Below are positions 63,357 through 64,000 of a stretch of DNA of 64,000 bases, piece after piece. Where the stretch lies: assembly GCA_009103225.1 (NCBI GenBank), contig RHPI01003642.1, forward strand, positions 262,040 through 326,039, given 5' to 3'. The notes beneath the pieces were generated by a model. That model was not told where the DNA came from, made no database searches, and saw nothing but the letters and a program-made list of their open reading frames with translations. Within the stretch, counting starts at the first letter, position 1; every line of letters begins with the position of its first letter. Both the position numbers and the translations under genes were made by a program. Origin of the DNA: Chlorokybus atmophyticus. Lineage: Eukaryota > Plantae > Mesostigma and Chlorokybus algae.

Positions 63357-64000
63357 AGGGTCGATTGGAACCCCCAACCCAAACGCATTTGGCCGTGACG
63401 TGGCAACCTCGGCCGTCAGCAACCCTTCCCCAAGCAAGTGGAAGATTGGCAACGAGGTAAGCACTGTGTGACACTGTGACACTGTGTGTATGTGTGTAAC
63501 GGATTGTTCTTCTGTGGACAGCATTTGCGAGATGCCGTCGTTGAAATCATAAACGGCCACTGGGTAGAGAGCCACGTTTATCCCAAGGAGGACACTATTC
63601 GTAACGTCATGTGTCAGGTGCTGTGAATGCTTCATGACCGCACTGCACCGTGACACTGACCAACCTGCCCGTGACAGGTAGTTGGCTTCGACCATGACGA
63701 CGAGGCCGATGCGGCCAAGTTCTATGAGGTGTACTGGACTCCCAAGGAGTGCCCCTTCCACTGGAGTGTCGCCTTGAAGAAAGCTACGCAGGTCCGGTCT
63801 GAGAACGTCACCAAGATCAAGCATGTCCTTGAGAAGGAGTACAAGTGGACACTGTTTAACAGCAACAAGCGCAAGTGAGTTGGGTCCCTCACCACCATGT
63901 CTGCTATGCAACACTGCCTTCTTACTCAGCCTCCATACACACGTACTCATCTCGCCTATTGTAACCGATTCAATCAGGCACATCGACGCCCTAATGGACC
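63357..64000 (+). CDS. Multi-exon hypothetical protein, incomplete
   Basis: Three phase-compatible exons bounded by AG/GT: GSIGTPNPNAF..KWKIGNE|HLRDAVVEIINGHWVESHVYPKEDTIRNVMCQ|VVGFDHDDEADAAKFYEVYW..KWTLFNSNKR|. Confidence 0.6.

Larger units (their letters stand above)
52000..64000. mobile_element. Putative large Plavaka-type (CACTA-related) DNA transposon with cargo genes; boundaries not resolved
   Basis: Plavaka-like transposase, non-housekeeping multi-exon genes with nonsense lesions, element-restricted palindromes, short local duplications and several N gaps. No terminal inverted repeats or TSD identified. Confidence 0.65.

Noticed and set aside
63318-63983. 221-aa minus-strand ORF
   Set aside because: Antisense shadow. 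The plus strand has phase-consistent exons with canonical splice signals.
52000-64000. Endogenous giant-virus insertion as the origin of the MTase region
   Set aside because: No NCLDV hallmark genes (capsid, PolB, packaging ATPase) seen, genes are intron-rich, and a transposase is present. Cannot be excluded for sequence beyond the window.

Overview
Eukaryotic, intron-rich (mostly 60-150 nt GT-AG introns), gene-dense DNA. Plant-type orthologues and TTTAGGG/telo-box motifs suggest a green-lineage, probably streptophyte, alga (inference). Positions ~1.6-50.4 kb hold mostly housekeeping genes, often in head-to-head pairs: a torsin/LAP1-like membrane protein, a UBE2Q-like E2, a large hypothetical protein, a 5x CCHC zinc-knuckle protein, a DHHC S-acyltransferase, a disrupted SMO2 sterol methyl oxidase, an ERp29-type PDI-D protein, UTP18, GPC1, an FBXO7/SKIP22-like F-box protein, RPN2, a RING-less HOS1-like protein, a CTD small phosphatase and CLASRP. 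From ~52 kb to the window end the character changes. A Plavaka-type (CACTA-related) transposase lies tail-to-tail with an intact, intron-containing gene that fuses a zinc finger and a Tudor domain to a phage/bacterial-type C5 cytosine DNA methyltransferase. Further chromatin/ubiquitin-type cargo genes, recurrent GTACCAT-N2/4-ATGGTAC palindromes and assembly gaps surround them. This putative methyltransferase-carrying DNA transposon is the most striking feature. All gene models and family assignments were made by eye from motifs, with no database search. No rRNA, tRNA or CRISPR features were seen.
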